Source: Chloroflexota bacterium (GTDB lineage Bacteria > Chloroflexota > Limnocylindria > QHBO01). From it: DNA of 64,000 bases. Under the pieces are notes generated by a model. The model saw nothing but the letters and a program-made list of their open reading frames with translations. It made no database searches and had not been told where the DNA came from. The stretch covers positions 30,925 to 94,924 of the forward strand of contig JACDEL010000001.1 in NCBI GenBank assembly GCA_013816405.1. Direction: 5' to 3'. Shown piece by piece: positions 54,938 through 64,000 of this stretch; the stretch's first letter is position 1; the number at the start of each line of letters is the position of its first letter. The position numbers and the translations under genes are program-made.

Positions 54938-55408
54938 TCAGCCGGTGGCGCGGCTCAGCAGCGCCCCTCGTCTCGCGAACCCGGCGCGCTTCAGCAGCGC
55001 CGGCTCGGCGGTGGCGAGAGGATCGGTGACATCCACGCGCGTACAACCCTTGTTGCGCGCCGAGGTGACCAGGTGCTCGAGAATCGAGTCACCCAACCCC
55101 TTGAGCTGCGCGGCGTCTGCAGCCGGCGCGGCACTCCCCGACCGTCCGGCTTCGGCTGCCACTCCGAGCTCATCGATGACGCCGATGAACGGACCCGAGC
55201 GGACCGCGGGACGGATCGAGAGGACCCCGATGCCGATCACCTGGCGCTCTGCCTCGGCGACGACTACGGTGGCCGCCGGCACAAAGAGCAGGTTGCGAAG
55301 CCGATCGGTGTCCTGGCGCTGCTGGTCGGGATCGGCCGGATCTCGCATCAGAATGCGGATCGCGGCGTCGACATCGGTCAGGCGGGCGCTGCGGACGTGA
55401 TACTCCAC
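54938..55408 (-). CDS. GNAT family N-acetyltransferase
   Basis: GTG start with a GAGAGG RBS. Acyl-CoA-binding region (VIGIGVL...RNKGCTRV). Confidence 0.65.
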   Translation of the reverse strand: MEYHVRSARLTDVDAAIRILMRDPADPDQQRQDTDRLRNLLFVPAATVVVAEAERQVIGIGVLSIRPAVRSGPFIGVIDELGVAAEAGRSGSAAPAADAAQLKGLGDSILEHLVTSARNKGCTRVDVTDPLATAEPALLKRAGFARRGALLSRATG

Positions 55409-55557
55409 GGGAGCCTCTCGGGAGCGAAACGCAGCGCGTGGGCTGCAGACGTACCCGCAGGAGGATAGCACGCGCGCTCAGCTTGCGCCTGCGCTGCGGC
55501 CGGCTCAGCGCCAATCTGCTGCTCGCCGTGTTCCACCGCTTGCTATCTCCTTGGCGA

Positions 55558-55585
55558 AGCACAGATTGCCAGCCTCTCCCCTTGA
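55558..55585. repeat. 28-bp direct repeat copy 1 (GCACAGATTGCCAGCCTCTCCCCTTGAC)
   Basis: Matches 56606-56633 at 26 of 28 positions. In a + frame it encodes ...GEAQIASLSP*, resembling the C-terminus of the 55874..56632 protein (...GAPQIASPSP*). Confidence 0.7.
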
Positions 55586-55624
55586 CATAGACATGGACCG
55601 GTTGTGCCTATCTGCTCTGCCAGG

Positions 55625-55865
55625 TCACAGGGCGGTGAGTCGCCTTAGTAGCCACCGTATTGGGTCGGCAGTCGCCCCATCATCCAGTCGATGATCACCC
55701 TCGTAGATTCGCGTCTCCTTGAGCGGAAGCGCAGCCTGGATGAACTCGTCCCGATCGCTCTCCGACACAAACTCGTCGTCGTTGCCGAACTGCAGCAGCG
55801 CCCAGATGTGTTTTCCCTCACTGCGATCGAAGCGTATCTCCTGGGTCAGGGTCTTACGTCTACTT
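55625..55865 (-). pseudogene. alpha/beta-hydrolase C-terminal fragment
   Basis: Reverse frame reads ...EIRFDRSEGKHIWALLQFGNDDEFVSESDRDEFIQAALPLKETRIYEGDHRLDDGATADPIRWLLRRLTAL*. The catalytic Asp and His regions are present. No start and no N-terminal nucleophile region. Confidence 0.4.
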
Positions 55866-55873
55866 TAGAGGGC

Positions 55874-56632
55874 ATGAATCCACGCGAGGTCGACAGGCGG
55901 CTGGACGGTCATCGGGGACTCCGGATGGTCTTGATGAGCGCCCTCATTGTGCTGGTCTCGGGGCTGGTGCTGTGGGGCATAGCCTCCCGGCCGAGTAGCG
56001 TTCCGCGCAGCGCAGAGGAACGGGAAGTGGCAGCTGGGGAGTTGCTGGCCGGGATCCGGATATCGACCAGCCTTTCAGGCGCCACTCTCGCAGCCAGCAA
56101 GGCCCTCGTGGACTTTCTCGCGGAGAACGATGTGCGCTTGGTGTTGGTGCGCATCGTCGAGGACCTCGAGCTGGAGATACGCATCGAGACGGATCAAGCC
56201 GTTCGCTTCCGCGAGCCTCCCAGCTTGTGCCTGATTGGCCCGTATTCCGCCCCCGACGACGCCGGCTATAGCAGCCCGTGTTGGGGGACACCGGACATGG
56301 GAGCGCTCCTCGCGGCCCAGCTGCCCTCTGATGGTGCAGGCCACGCCATGTTTCCTGCAGGGCGGGCGATCGCCCTGCCTGCCACCCTGCAGCGGGGCGG
56401 CCATCGTTGTGACTATCCACCGGGTCGATGGCTCCTCGTGGTCGAGGCCAACCCACTCGTCGACGGGACGCCGATGGGTGCTCGCCAGCTCGCAGAGATC
56501 GCCTTCGAGATCCCGTGGTCAAACAGCAGCCCGCTCCCCTTTCTTCCTGTGAAGACGGTGGCCTACTGCGGGTTGGCGAACATTGTCTACAAGGAACAGG
56601 GCGCACCACAGATTGCCAGCCCCTCCCCGTGA
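55874..56632 (+). CDS. hypothetical membrane-anchored protein (lower-GC gene)
   Basis: ATG with a GAGGG RBS. One TM helix followed by a ~220-aa domain. Its last 9 codons lie inside repeat copy 2. Confidence 0.5.
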   Translation: MNPREVDRRLDGHRGLRMVLMSALIVLVSGLVLWGIASRPSSVPRSAEEREVAAGELLAGIRISTSLSGATLAASKALVDFLAENDVRLVLVRIVEDLELEIRIETDQAVRFREPPSLCLIGPYSAPDDAGYSSPCWGTPDMGALLAAQLPSDGAGHAMFPAGRAIALPATLQRGGHRCDYPPGRWLLVVEANPLVDGTPMGARQLAEIAFEIPWSNSSPLPFLPVKTVAYCGLANIVYKEQGAPQIASPSP

Positions 56633-56633
56633 C
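56606..56633. repeat. 28-bp direct repeat copy 2 (CCACAGATTGCCAGCCCCTCCCCGTGAC)
   Basis: See copy 1. Confidence 0.7.
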
Positions 56634-56817
56634 CTGATGAAGCGGTGCAGCCGGACGCGGACTCCAGTGTGCACCGTGCGCAATTCCGGGCCTCGCGCCT
56701 GATGTCTCCGGCGGGCCACCAAACTCCTTGCGTCCGGGGTGAATGCGCCCTTATGATGCGCCCCACTCTTTACTGATGGCGTGCTCGCGCCCACCCGAGC
56801 AATTGGAGGATCACTGG

Positions 56818-58146
56818 ATGCGGAATACCTTGCGATGGAGCGCCGTCCTGACGGGCATGCTCCTCGTTCTCGCGGCGTGCCAACCCGCCAGCAGCGGATC
56901 ACCCGGCCAGAGCACCGCCGAGAGCGCAAGCGCCGCGGCGAGCGTTGACGCTGCCGCGGTCTGTGCGGCAGATGAAGCTGGCTGTGTCGAGATCCCGAGC
57001 GGCGAGCCGCTCCATATCGTCTTCTGGGGAGTCCTTTCAGGCGCAGACAGCACCTTGGGAGAGGACTCAAAGCGCGGCGTGGAGATCGCCATCGACGATA
57101 TCAACAACACGCTGCTCGGCCATGACATTCAGTTCTCCACCGAGGACGGCCTGTGCACCCCGGAGGGTGGCAATACTGCGGCCCAGAAGCTGGCCGCTGA
57201 TACCACCATTGCCGGACTCATCGGTCCGAGCTGCACTGACGAGTCGCTGGGTGGCATGCAGACCCTGTACGACGCAGGCATGACCACGATCTCGTCGTCG
57301 GCAACCCGTGCCGGGCTCACCGTCCCGGATCGGCCCGCAGAGTACGCCGCATTCCTGCGCACAGCGCACAGCGACTACTTCCAGGGCAGGATGGTGGCCG
57401 AGTATCTCTACAACGAGCTCGGGCTCAAGAAGCTGGCGACCGTCCACGACGGAAGCGGCTACGCGAAGGCCCTGGCGGAGGTCGCAAGGACCCACTTCGA
57501 GGAGCTGGGCGGTACGATCACCACCGGCGGCGACCAGGCCATCGCCAAGACGGATACGGACATGAGCGCCGTCCTCACCGCGATAGCCGCGGACCCGCCG
57601 GACGCGATCTTTTTCCCGGTCTTCATCGCTGGAGCCGGGTACCTCACCGACCAAGCGAAGGACACTCCCGGCCTTGAGGATGCGCTCCTGATGTCCGCGG
57701 ACGGGACCTTCTCACCGGACTACATCAAGGCTGCAGGTCCTGCCGCCCTCGGGCATCTGATCTCGAGCCCTGACACGTCGAAGTTCGCGGCTGGCTACCA
57801 GGACTTCCTGGCGAAGCACAAGGCCAAGTACGGTGGGGATCCGCTCAGCATCTTCCACGCACACGCCTATGACGCTGCGACACTTGTGTTCGCAGCGCTC
57901 GAGAAGGTGGCGCTGACTGACGCTGACGGGACGACGTTCATTCCCAGGACTGCGTACCGCGAAGCGCTGTATGCAAGCAAGGACGTGGAGGGCCTGACCG
58001 GGCCGCTCAACTGCAACGCCTCTGGGGACTGCGGGGCGCCAATCCTCGCCGTCTACAAAGTAACCGCCCGAGAGGTCGGTCCGCCGGTCGTGTGGCCGCC
58101 GGAGGCACCCATCTGGGCTCCCGAGCCGGACTTCTATACGAAGTAG
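56818..58146 (+). CDS. livJ: branched-chain amino acid ABC transporter substrate-binding lipoprotein (LivJ/LivK family)
   Basis: Lipobox LAAC. Periplasmic-binding-protein type I composition. Followed by livHMGF. Confidence 0.8.
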   Translation: MRNTLRWSAVLTGMLLVLAACQPASSGSPGQSTAESASAAASVDAAAVCAADEAGCVEIPSGEPLHIVFWGVLSGADSTLGEDSKRGVEIAIDDINNTLLGHDIQFSTEDGLCTPEGGNTAAQKLAADTTIAGLIGPSCTDESLGGMQTLYDAGMTTISSSATRAGLTVPDRPAEYAAFLRTAHSDYFQGRMVAEYLYNELGLKKLATVHDGSGYAKALAEVARTHFEELGGTITTGGDQAIAKTDTDMSAVLTAIAADPPDAIFFPVFIAGAGYLTDQAKDTPGLEDALLMSADGTFSPDYIKAAGPAALGHLISSPDTSKFAAGYQDFLAKHKAKYGGDPLSIFHAHAYDAATLVFAALEKVALTDADGTTFIPRTAYREALYASKDVEGLTGPLNCNASGDCGAPILAVYKVTAREVGPPVVWPPEAPIWAPEPDFYTK

Positions 58147-58254
58147 CGACACGGGAACTTCCCAACTCACCTGAAGCGACTCGAGGACGGGCCGGGGCTA
58201 CCCGGCTCGTCCTCCGATTTGTCAACGACTCTCCTGAGGTTTGCCAGATCCAGC

Positions 58255-59334
<1,080 letters not shown>

Positions 59335-59342
59335 GCGCGATC

Positions 59343-61049
59343 GTGGACGACACCCGCATTCGATTCGGCGATGTGCCGTGGGGAGCGGTGATCCGAGTTG
59401 GGTTGATTGGCGCAGCCGTCGCCATCTTCCTGTGCCTCGTGGGCATCGTCCCGGTCTTCCACACGCGCCCGCTGATCAAGGACGTCATCTCGCTCGGCCA
59501 GACGTCGGTCGTGCTCGCCCTGCTCGCTACGGGCCTGGTGACGGCCCGGACGGCAGATATGCGAGGCACCTTGAGCGTGCTGCCGGGTGCGGTCGCCGGG
59601 GCGATCGCCGGCGCCGGGCTGACGGCCCTCGTGATCCTCGGCGAGGTGATCAATGTTCGGGCCGTATTCCTTAATGCATCTCCGCTGCTCTATGGGATCC
59701 TGACGTTCGGCAGTGGGATTGCGGGCAGCTGGATTGCGATCGTCATCGGCGCGGTGCTCGGCGCGGCCGGGAGCGTCGGAGCGAGATTGCCAACTTCGTC
59801 GCGGCGCCCATTGACGACGTTCGTGCTGACGCTGCTGATGGGGGGACTCTTCGCCGGGATTCTCCGAACCGCCATGCTCAGCACCCCGCTGGCCGGGCTC
59901 GGCCGACTGCTCTTCGCGCCGCTCGGCCTGACCATCGTCGGCGCCATCGTCGCGGTGATCGCGTTCGTCGGCGCGAGCGAGCTGTTCCACTACACCCGGG
60001 TGCGAGATCGGGTGAATGGGATGGCGCCGGCACAGCAGCGACTGGTGACCTGGCCGCTTCTCGCGATCGCCGCCTTCGCAGTGCTGATGCTTCCGCATGC
60101 ACTCGGCCCGTTCGTGGCCCAGGTCATCGCGCTGGTCGCCCTGTACGTGCTGATGGGGCTCGGCCTGAACATCACCCTTGGCCTGGCGGGGCTACTCGAC
60201 CTGGGGTTCGTGGCGTTCTTCGCGGTCGGCGCCTACACCGTCGCCTTGCTGACCGGGACGAGCGAGTTCGGCATCGCTGATTGGCCATTCTGGGCGGCAA
60301 TCCCGTTCGCGGTGCTCTTCGCCATGGTCTTCGGCGCCATCCTCGGCCTGCCAATCCTAGGCATTCGGGGCGACTACCTCGCCATCGCGACGCTGGGCTT
60401 CGGCGAGATCATCCGCATCCTGGCGGGATCCGACCTCCTGAGCCCGTGGCTGGGTGGCCCGCACGGCATCCTCAACGTCCCCAAGCCGATCGCGGTGCAG
60501 CCGACGCACTTCCTGGCGGGTCCGAACCAGATCTACTACATCGCCATCGCCTGTGCCGTCCTGATCGCGTTCGTTGCCTGGCGGCTGCGCGGCTCTCGAA
60601 TCGGGCGTGCCTGGCTCAGTATCCGAGAGGACGAGGATGTGGCGGAGGCGCTTGGGGTCAACCTGGTGCAGACCAAGATCCTTGCCTACGTGCTCGGGGC
60701 AGGATTCGCGGGCCTGGGTGGCGGCATCTTCGCCTCGCTGGTGGGATCGATCTTCTCGAGCAGCATCCAGCTGTTCGTCTCCATCAACGTGGTCGCGATC
60801 GTCGTGGTCGGTGGCATGGGAAGCATCCCGGGCGCGGTGCTCGGCGCGCTATTCCTGATCGGCGTGCCGGAGCTGTTCCGCGAGTTCTCCGAGTATCGGT
60901 TCCTGTTCTACGGTGCTGCCCTGATCCTGATGATGCTGTATCGGCCCGAGGGGCTCATGCCGACCAGGTTCGCGGCCCGTGAGGTGCATCTCGAGAGCCA
61001 GGAGCTCGGAGCCGACACTGTGGTCGCGGCGCCGACCGAAAGCACCTAG
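59343..61049 (+). CDS. livM: branched-chain amino acid ABC transporter permease (LivM type, with extended N-terminal membrane region)
   Basis: GTG start. C-terminal LivM permease core (LGLNITLGLAGLLDLGFVAFFAVGAY). Confidence 0.85.
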   Translation: MDDTRIRFGDVPWGAVIRVGLIGAAVAIFLCLVGIVPVFHTRPLIKDVISLGQTSVVLALLATGLVTARTADMRGTLSVLPGAVAGAIAGAGLTALVILGEVINVRAVFLNASPLLYGILTFGSGIAGSWIAIVIGAVLGAAGSVGARLPTSSRRPLTTFVLTLLMGGLFAGILRTAMLSTPLAGLGRLLFAPLGLTIVGAIVAVIAFVGASELFHYTRVRDRVNGMAPAQQRLVTWPLLAIAAFAVLMLPHALGPFVAQVIALVALYVLMGLGLNITLGLAGLLDLGFVAFFAVGAYTVALLTGTSEFGIADWPFWAAIPFAVLFAMVFGAILGLPILGIRGDYLAIATLGFGEIIRILAGSDLLSPWLGGPHGILNVPKPIAVQPTHFLAGPNQIYYIAIACAVLIAFVAWRLRGSRIGRAWLSIREDEDVAEALGVNLVQTKILAYVLGAGFAGLGGGIFASLVGSIFSSSIQLFVSINVVAIVVVGGMGSIPGAVLGALFLIGVPELFREFSEYRFLFYGAALILMMLYRPEGLMPTRFAAREVHLESQELGADTVVAAPTEST

Positions 61050-61061
61050 GGAGGCCGCAGC

Positions 61062-61883
61062 ATGCCGCAGCTGGTCGCCAAGGGCGTCACCAAGCGCTTC
61101 GGAGGGCTCGTCGCGGTCCGTGACCTGGACCTCGAGATCGAACCGAGTTCGATCGTGAGCGTGATCGGGCCCAATGGGGCGGGCAAGACGACCCTCTTCA
61201 ACTGCATCGCCGGCTGGTACAAGATCGATGACGGGAAGATCGAGTTCGAGGGGCAGGCGATCGACAAGCTTCGCCGCGACCAGATCTCCCGGCTGGGGAT
61301 CGCCCGCACCTACCAGAACATCCGCCTCTTCGCCGGCATGTCGGCCATCGAAAACGTCCTGGTCGGCCAGCACCACTTCCTCAAGACCGGATGGGTCGGG
61401 GCGGTCCTGAGGACCCCCGCCGTGCGCGTCGAGGAGGAGAAGGCCCACGAGGAGGCCCTGCGCCTGCTGCAGTTCGTCGGCATCCGCGGGCACGGGCGGA
61501 GTCAGGCCAGCGAGCTGCCGTACGGCGACCAACGGCGGCTTGAGATTGCCCGCGCCCTGAGCACGCAGCCGCGCCTGCTCCTGCTCGACGAGCCCACGGC
61601 CGGCATGAACCCGGCCGAGACTCGCAAGATGACGGAGTTCATCCGTCGACTGCGCGACGAGCTCGGGATCACGATTCTCCTCATCGAGCACGAGATGCGC
61701 GTCGTGATGGACATCTCGGAGCGGATCACGGTCCTCGACTACGGCGAGAAGATTGCCGAGGGGACGCCGCGCGAGATCCAGACCAACCCCCGCGTAATCG
61801 AGGCCTACCTGGGACGCGGTGCGGCACAGGCCGGCACCACCGTCTCTGACGCAACCAACGAAGCTGCGGCCTCGGAAGCCTGA
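61062..61883 (+). CDS. livG: branched-chain amino acid ABC transporter ATP-binding protein
   Basis: Walker A GPNGAGKTT, signature LPYGDQRRLE, Walker B LLLLDEP. Confidence 0.9.
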   Translation: MPQLVAKGVTKRFGGLVAVRDLDLEIEPSSIVSVIGPNGAGKTTLFNCIAGWYKIDDGKIEFEGQAIDKLRRDQISRLGIARTYQNIRLFAGMSAIENVLVGQHHFLKTGWVGAVLRTPAVRVEEEKAHEEALRLLQFVGIRGHGRSQASELPYGDQRRLEIARALSTQPRLLLLDEPTAGMNPAETRKMTEFIRRLRDELGITILLIEHEMRVVMDISERITVLDYGEKIAEGTPREIQTNPRVIEAYLGRGAAQAGTTVSDATNEAAASEA

Positions 61884-62596
61884 TGGCCCTCCTCGACGTC
61901 GACGGGATCAACGCGTTCTACGGGAACATTCACGCCCTACGCGATGTCTCCCTCTCCGTCGACGATGGTGAGATCGTCACCCTGATCGGGGCGAACGGCG
62001 CCGGCAAGACGACGACGCTCAACTGCATCAGCGGCCTGGTGCGACCGCGATCCGGCACTGTCAAGCTCGCGGGAGAGGACCTTGCCAAGGTTCAGCCGCA
62101 TCACATCGTCGAACGGGGCGTGGTCCAGGTCCCCGAGGGTCGCCGGACGTTTGCCCGCCTGACGGTTGACGAGAACCTGCGAATGGGCGGATTCACCCTG
62201 ACCAGCGAGGCCAATTTGCGCGACGGCATCAGCCGCGCCTACGACATGTTTCCCCGCCTGAAGGAACGGCGGAGCCAGACCGGCGGAACGCTGAGCGGTG
62301 GCGAGCAGCAGATGCTCGCGATCGGCCGCGCCCTGATGGTCAGCCCCAGGGTGCTGCTGCTCGACGAGCCTTCGATGGGCCTGGCGCCCACACTGGTGGA
62401 GAGCATCTTCGAGACGATCAGCAGCATCCACGCGCAGGGCACCTCGATCCTGTTGGTGGAACAGAACGCCCTGATGGCGCTCAACGTGGCCGGCCGCGGA
62501 TATGTCCTGCAGAGCGGCCAGATCATCCTGTCCGATACGGCGGCCAACCTGGCCGCCAACGAGCAGGTGCGGCAGGCCTACCTGGGCGAGATCTAG
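61883..62596 (+). CDS. livF: branched-chain amino acid ABC transporter ATP-binding protein
   Basis: Walker A GANGAGKTT, signature LSGGEQQML. Confidence 0.9.
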   Translation: MALLDVDGINAFYGNIHALRDVSLSVDDGEIVTLIGANGAGKTTTLNCISGLVRPRSGTVKLAGEDLAKVQPHHIVERGVVQVPEGRRTFARLTVDENLRMGGFTLTSEANLRDGISRAYDMFPRLKERRSQTGGTLSGGEQQMLAIGRALMVSPRVLLLDEPSMGLAPTLVESIFETISSIHAQGTSILLVEQNALMALNVAGRGYVLQSGQIILSDTAANLAANEQVRQAYLGEI

Positions 62597-62604
62597 TCGA
62601 CCCG

Positions 62605-62751
62605 ATGTCCGGCGACGCGCCTCCGCCGCGCCGTTCGCCGCGCGACTACCGGCCGGACCTGCGGCCGATGCTGATCCTGGGCGGCCTGCTGGTGGCGGTG
62701 ATCCTGGGCTGGATGCTGGTCAGCCCGCTCCTCCTGCCGGGTGCTCGCTAG
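62605..62751 (+). CDS. possible 48-aa single-TM peptide
   Basis: MSGDAPPPRRSPRDYRPDLRPMLILGGLLVAVILGWMLVSPLLLPGAR*. Short, so low confidence. Confidence 0.2.
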   Translation: MSGDAPPPRRSPRDYRPDLRPMLILGGLLVAVILGWMLVSPLLLPGAR

Positions 62752-63182
62752 ACCGGGCGCCGAGCGCCGAATCCGCGGCCCGCTCCGTACAGGACCAGCC
62801 CGATCCCGACCGCCGCGGCGGCGAGCCCGGGCGAGCGTTGCGGCACCGGCAGGAATCCGACCGACCACAGCTCCCAGATCCGATACGCCAGCGCCCCTCC
62901 CGCGACCAGGCCGAGCGCGAGATAGACCCACGGCCCATCCAGGATGAAGCTCCAGCGGCCGCGCATGTAGCCGATGTCGAGCAGCACCAGGGCCGCTAGC
63001 GCGGCTCCGTAGACCACGATCCCCGGGCCCTCGAGGCCGATGCCGGCGCTGGAGGGAATCGGCACGCCCTCGACGCTCTCGCCGCCGGCCTGCCACCAGG
63101 TCAGGAACCCGGCGGCCACCATCAGGAGGCTGCCGAGCAGGATCGGGACGCGGTAGCGGCCGCCTGAGGCAGCTTCGGACAT
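62748..63182 (-). CDS. hypothetical membrane protein
   Basis: 144-aa ORF with 4 hydrophobic segments. Confidence 0.5.
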   Translation of the reverse strand: MSEAASGGRYRVPILLGSLLMVAAGFLTWWQAGGESVEGVPIPSSAGIGLEGPGIVVYGAALAALVLLDIGYMRGRWSFILDGPWVYLALGLVAGGALAYRIWELWSVGFLPVPQRSPGLAAAAVGIGLVLYGAGRGFGARRPV

Positions 63183-63188
63183 GGAGGG

Positions 63189-63743
63189 CTACGCCGGGGG
63201 GGCGGCGCCGTAGACCGATGGGCGCAGGACGCCGATATAGGGGAGGTTGCGGTAGCGCTCGCCGTAGTCGAGGCCATAGCCGATGACGAAGCGATCGGCG
63301 ATCGTGAAGCCGCGGTAGTCGATTTCGATCGGCGCCAGGCGGCGCGCGGGCTTGTCGAGCAGGCAGCAGATGCGAATCGATGCCGGACCCTTGTCGTGCA
63401 GGTAGCGCAGCAGGTAGTTCAGGGTCAGGCCGGTGTCGATGATGTCCTCCACCACGATCACCTCTCGTCCCTCGATTGAGGTCGAGAGGTCCTTCAGGAT
63501 GCGCACCTGGCCGCTCGACTCGGTGGAGGTCCCGTAGCTGCTCACCTCCATCAGGTCGATCGAGAGGGGGATCGGCATGGCGCGCACCAGGTCCGCCAAG
63601 AAGATGATCGAGCCCTTCAGGACGCTCACCAGGACCGGCTCGCGGCCCTCGTAGTCCGCCGCCAGCTGCGCCCCGAGCTCGACGACCCGAGCCTGGACCT
63701 CCTCCCCGCTCAGCAAGACCTCCTCGACGTCCGCGTGCATCAT
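63189..63743 (-). CDS. hpt: hypoxanthine-guanine phosphoribosyltransferase
   Basis: PRTase motif (VIVVEDIIDTGLT). Confidence 0.9.
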   Translation of the reverse strand: MMHADVEEVLLSGEEVQARVVELGAQLAADYEGREPVLVSVLKGSIIFLADLVRAMPIPLSIDLMEVSSYGTSTESSGQVRILKDLSTSIEGREVIVVEDIIDTGLTLNYLLRYLHDKGPASIRICCLLDKPARRLAPIEIDYRGFTIADRFVIGYGLDYGERYRNLPYIGVLRPSVYGAAPPA

Positions 63744-64000
63744 CGTGCGTTCAGCGGGCCGTTGCCGTTCATGGCAGCCACGTCCGCCAGGAAGGCGAGG
63801 CGGCCGTACTTGACCATGAGCGCCCGGAAGTCACGGGCGTAGAAGAGCTTCACGCGGACTTCGGGGTAGAGCTGGCGGAGCCACCGCATCTTGCGGTTCT
63901 TCTTGCGGACGAGGGTCTGCTTGAGGGTCGTCAGCTCCAGATAGATGCCGATCTCGGGCAGGTAGAAGTCCGGCGCGAAGGACTCGACGACCACGCCGTC
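63740..64000 (-). CDS. hypothetical protein, partial at window edge (lower-GC, Lys-rich)
   Basis: ORF overlapping the hpt start by 4 nt. The frame is open to the window end. Confidence 0.35.
   Translation of the reverse strand, partial: DGVVVESFAPDFYLPEIGIYLELTTLKQTLVRKKNRKMRWLRQLYPEVRVKLFYARDFRALMVKYGRLAFLADVAAMNGNGPLNAR

Overview
This is a high-GC (~70%) bacterial chromosomal segment carrying about 85 protein-coding genes, two tRNAs and several gene remnants. Housekeeping and catabolic content dominates. The main blocks are listed in order.
- Aldehyde dehydrogenases and fumarase (fumC).
- An OmpR-type two-component system.
- thyX.
- A complete leucine-catabolic cluster: MCC beta, an SseB-like ORF, a hydratase, MCC alpha/BCCP and HMG-CoA lyase.
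- A nucleoside hydrolase followed by a four-gene ECF-type transporter module.
- A dispersed tyrosine/homogentisate catabolic set: HPPD, a FAH-family protein, homogentisate dioxygenase, and a DinB_2-threonine dehydratase fusion.
- fabI, a LOG-family protein and a truncated hemoglobin with a divergent HTH regulator.
- tRNA-Asp and tRNA-Arg.
- A secreted peptidoglycan amidase with three C-terminal repeats.
- dGTPase, acylphosphatase and holB.
- A NYN-domain protein with an RGG/AT-hook-like disordered tail.
- A livJHMGF branched-chain amino-acid ABC transporter, and hpt.
No CRISPR array, integrase or transposase was found. The observations I rate most worth a second look are:
- a ~29-bp palindromic motif that recurs in three intergenic regions, which I read as a candidate operator or regulon signature;
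- a promoter-to-terminator candidate small RNA just upstream of tRNA-Arg;
- an excisionase-type HTH domain fused in frame to the biotin carboxylase of the leucine cluster;
- a DinB_2/maleylpyruvate-isomerase-like domain fused to a threonine dehydratase next to the tyrosine-catabolic genes;
- a nucleoside hydrolase plus ECF transporter module that may be a nucleoside (possibly queuosine) salvage unit, with a T component that lacks a canonical start codon;
- a degenerate GGDEF protein (GADAF A-site, intact RxxD I-site);
- several gene remnants and apparent homopolymer frameshifts: an ALDH fragment, a GntR/FCD fragment, an M24 peptidase fragment beside tRNA-Asp, an alpha/beta-hydrolase fragment inside a repeat-flanked ~1-kb segment, and frameshifted SRPBCC and Ada-like genes.
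Every functional call rests on motifs recognised by eye in the translated ORFs. No database search was run.
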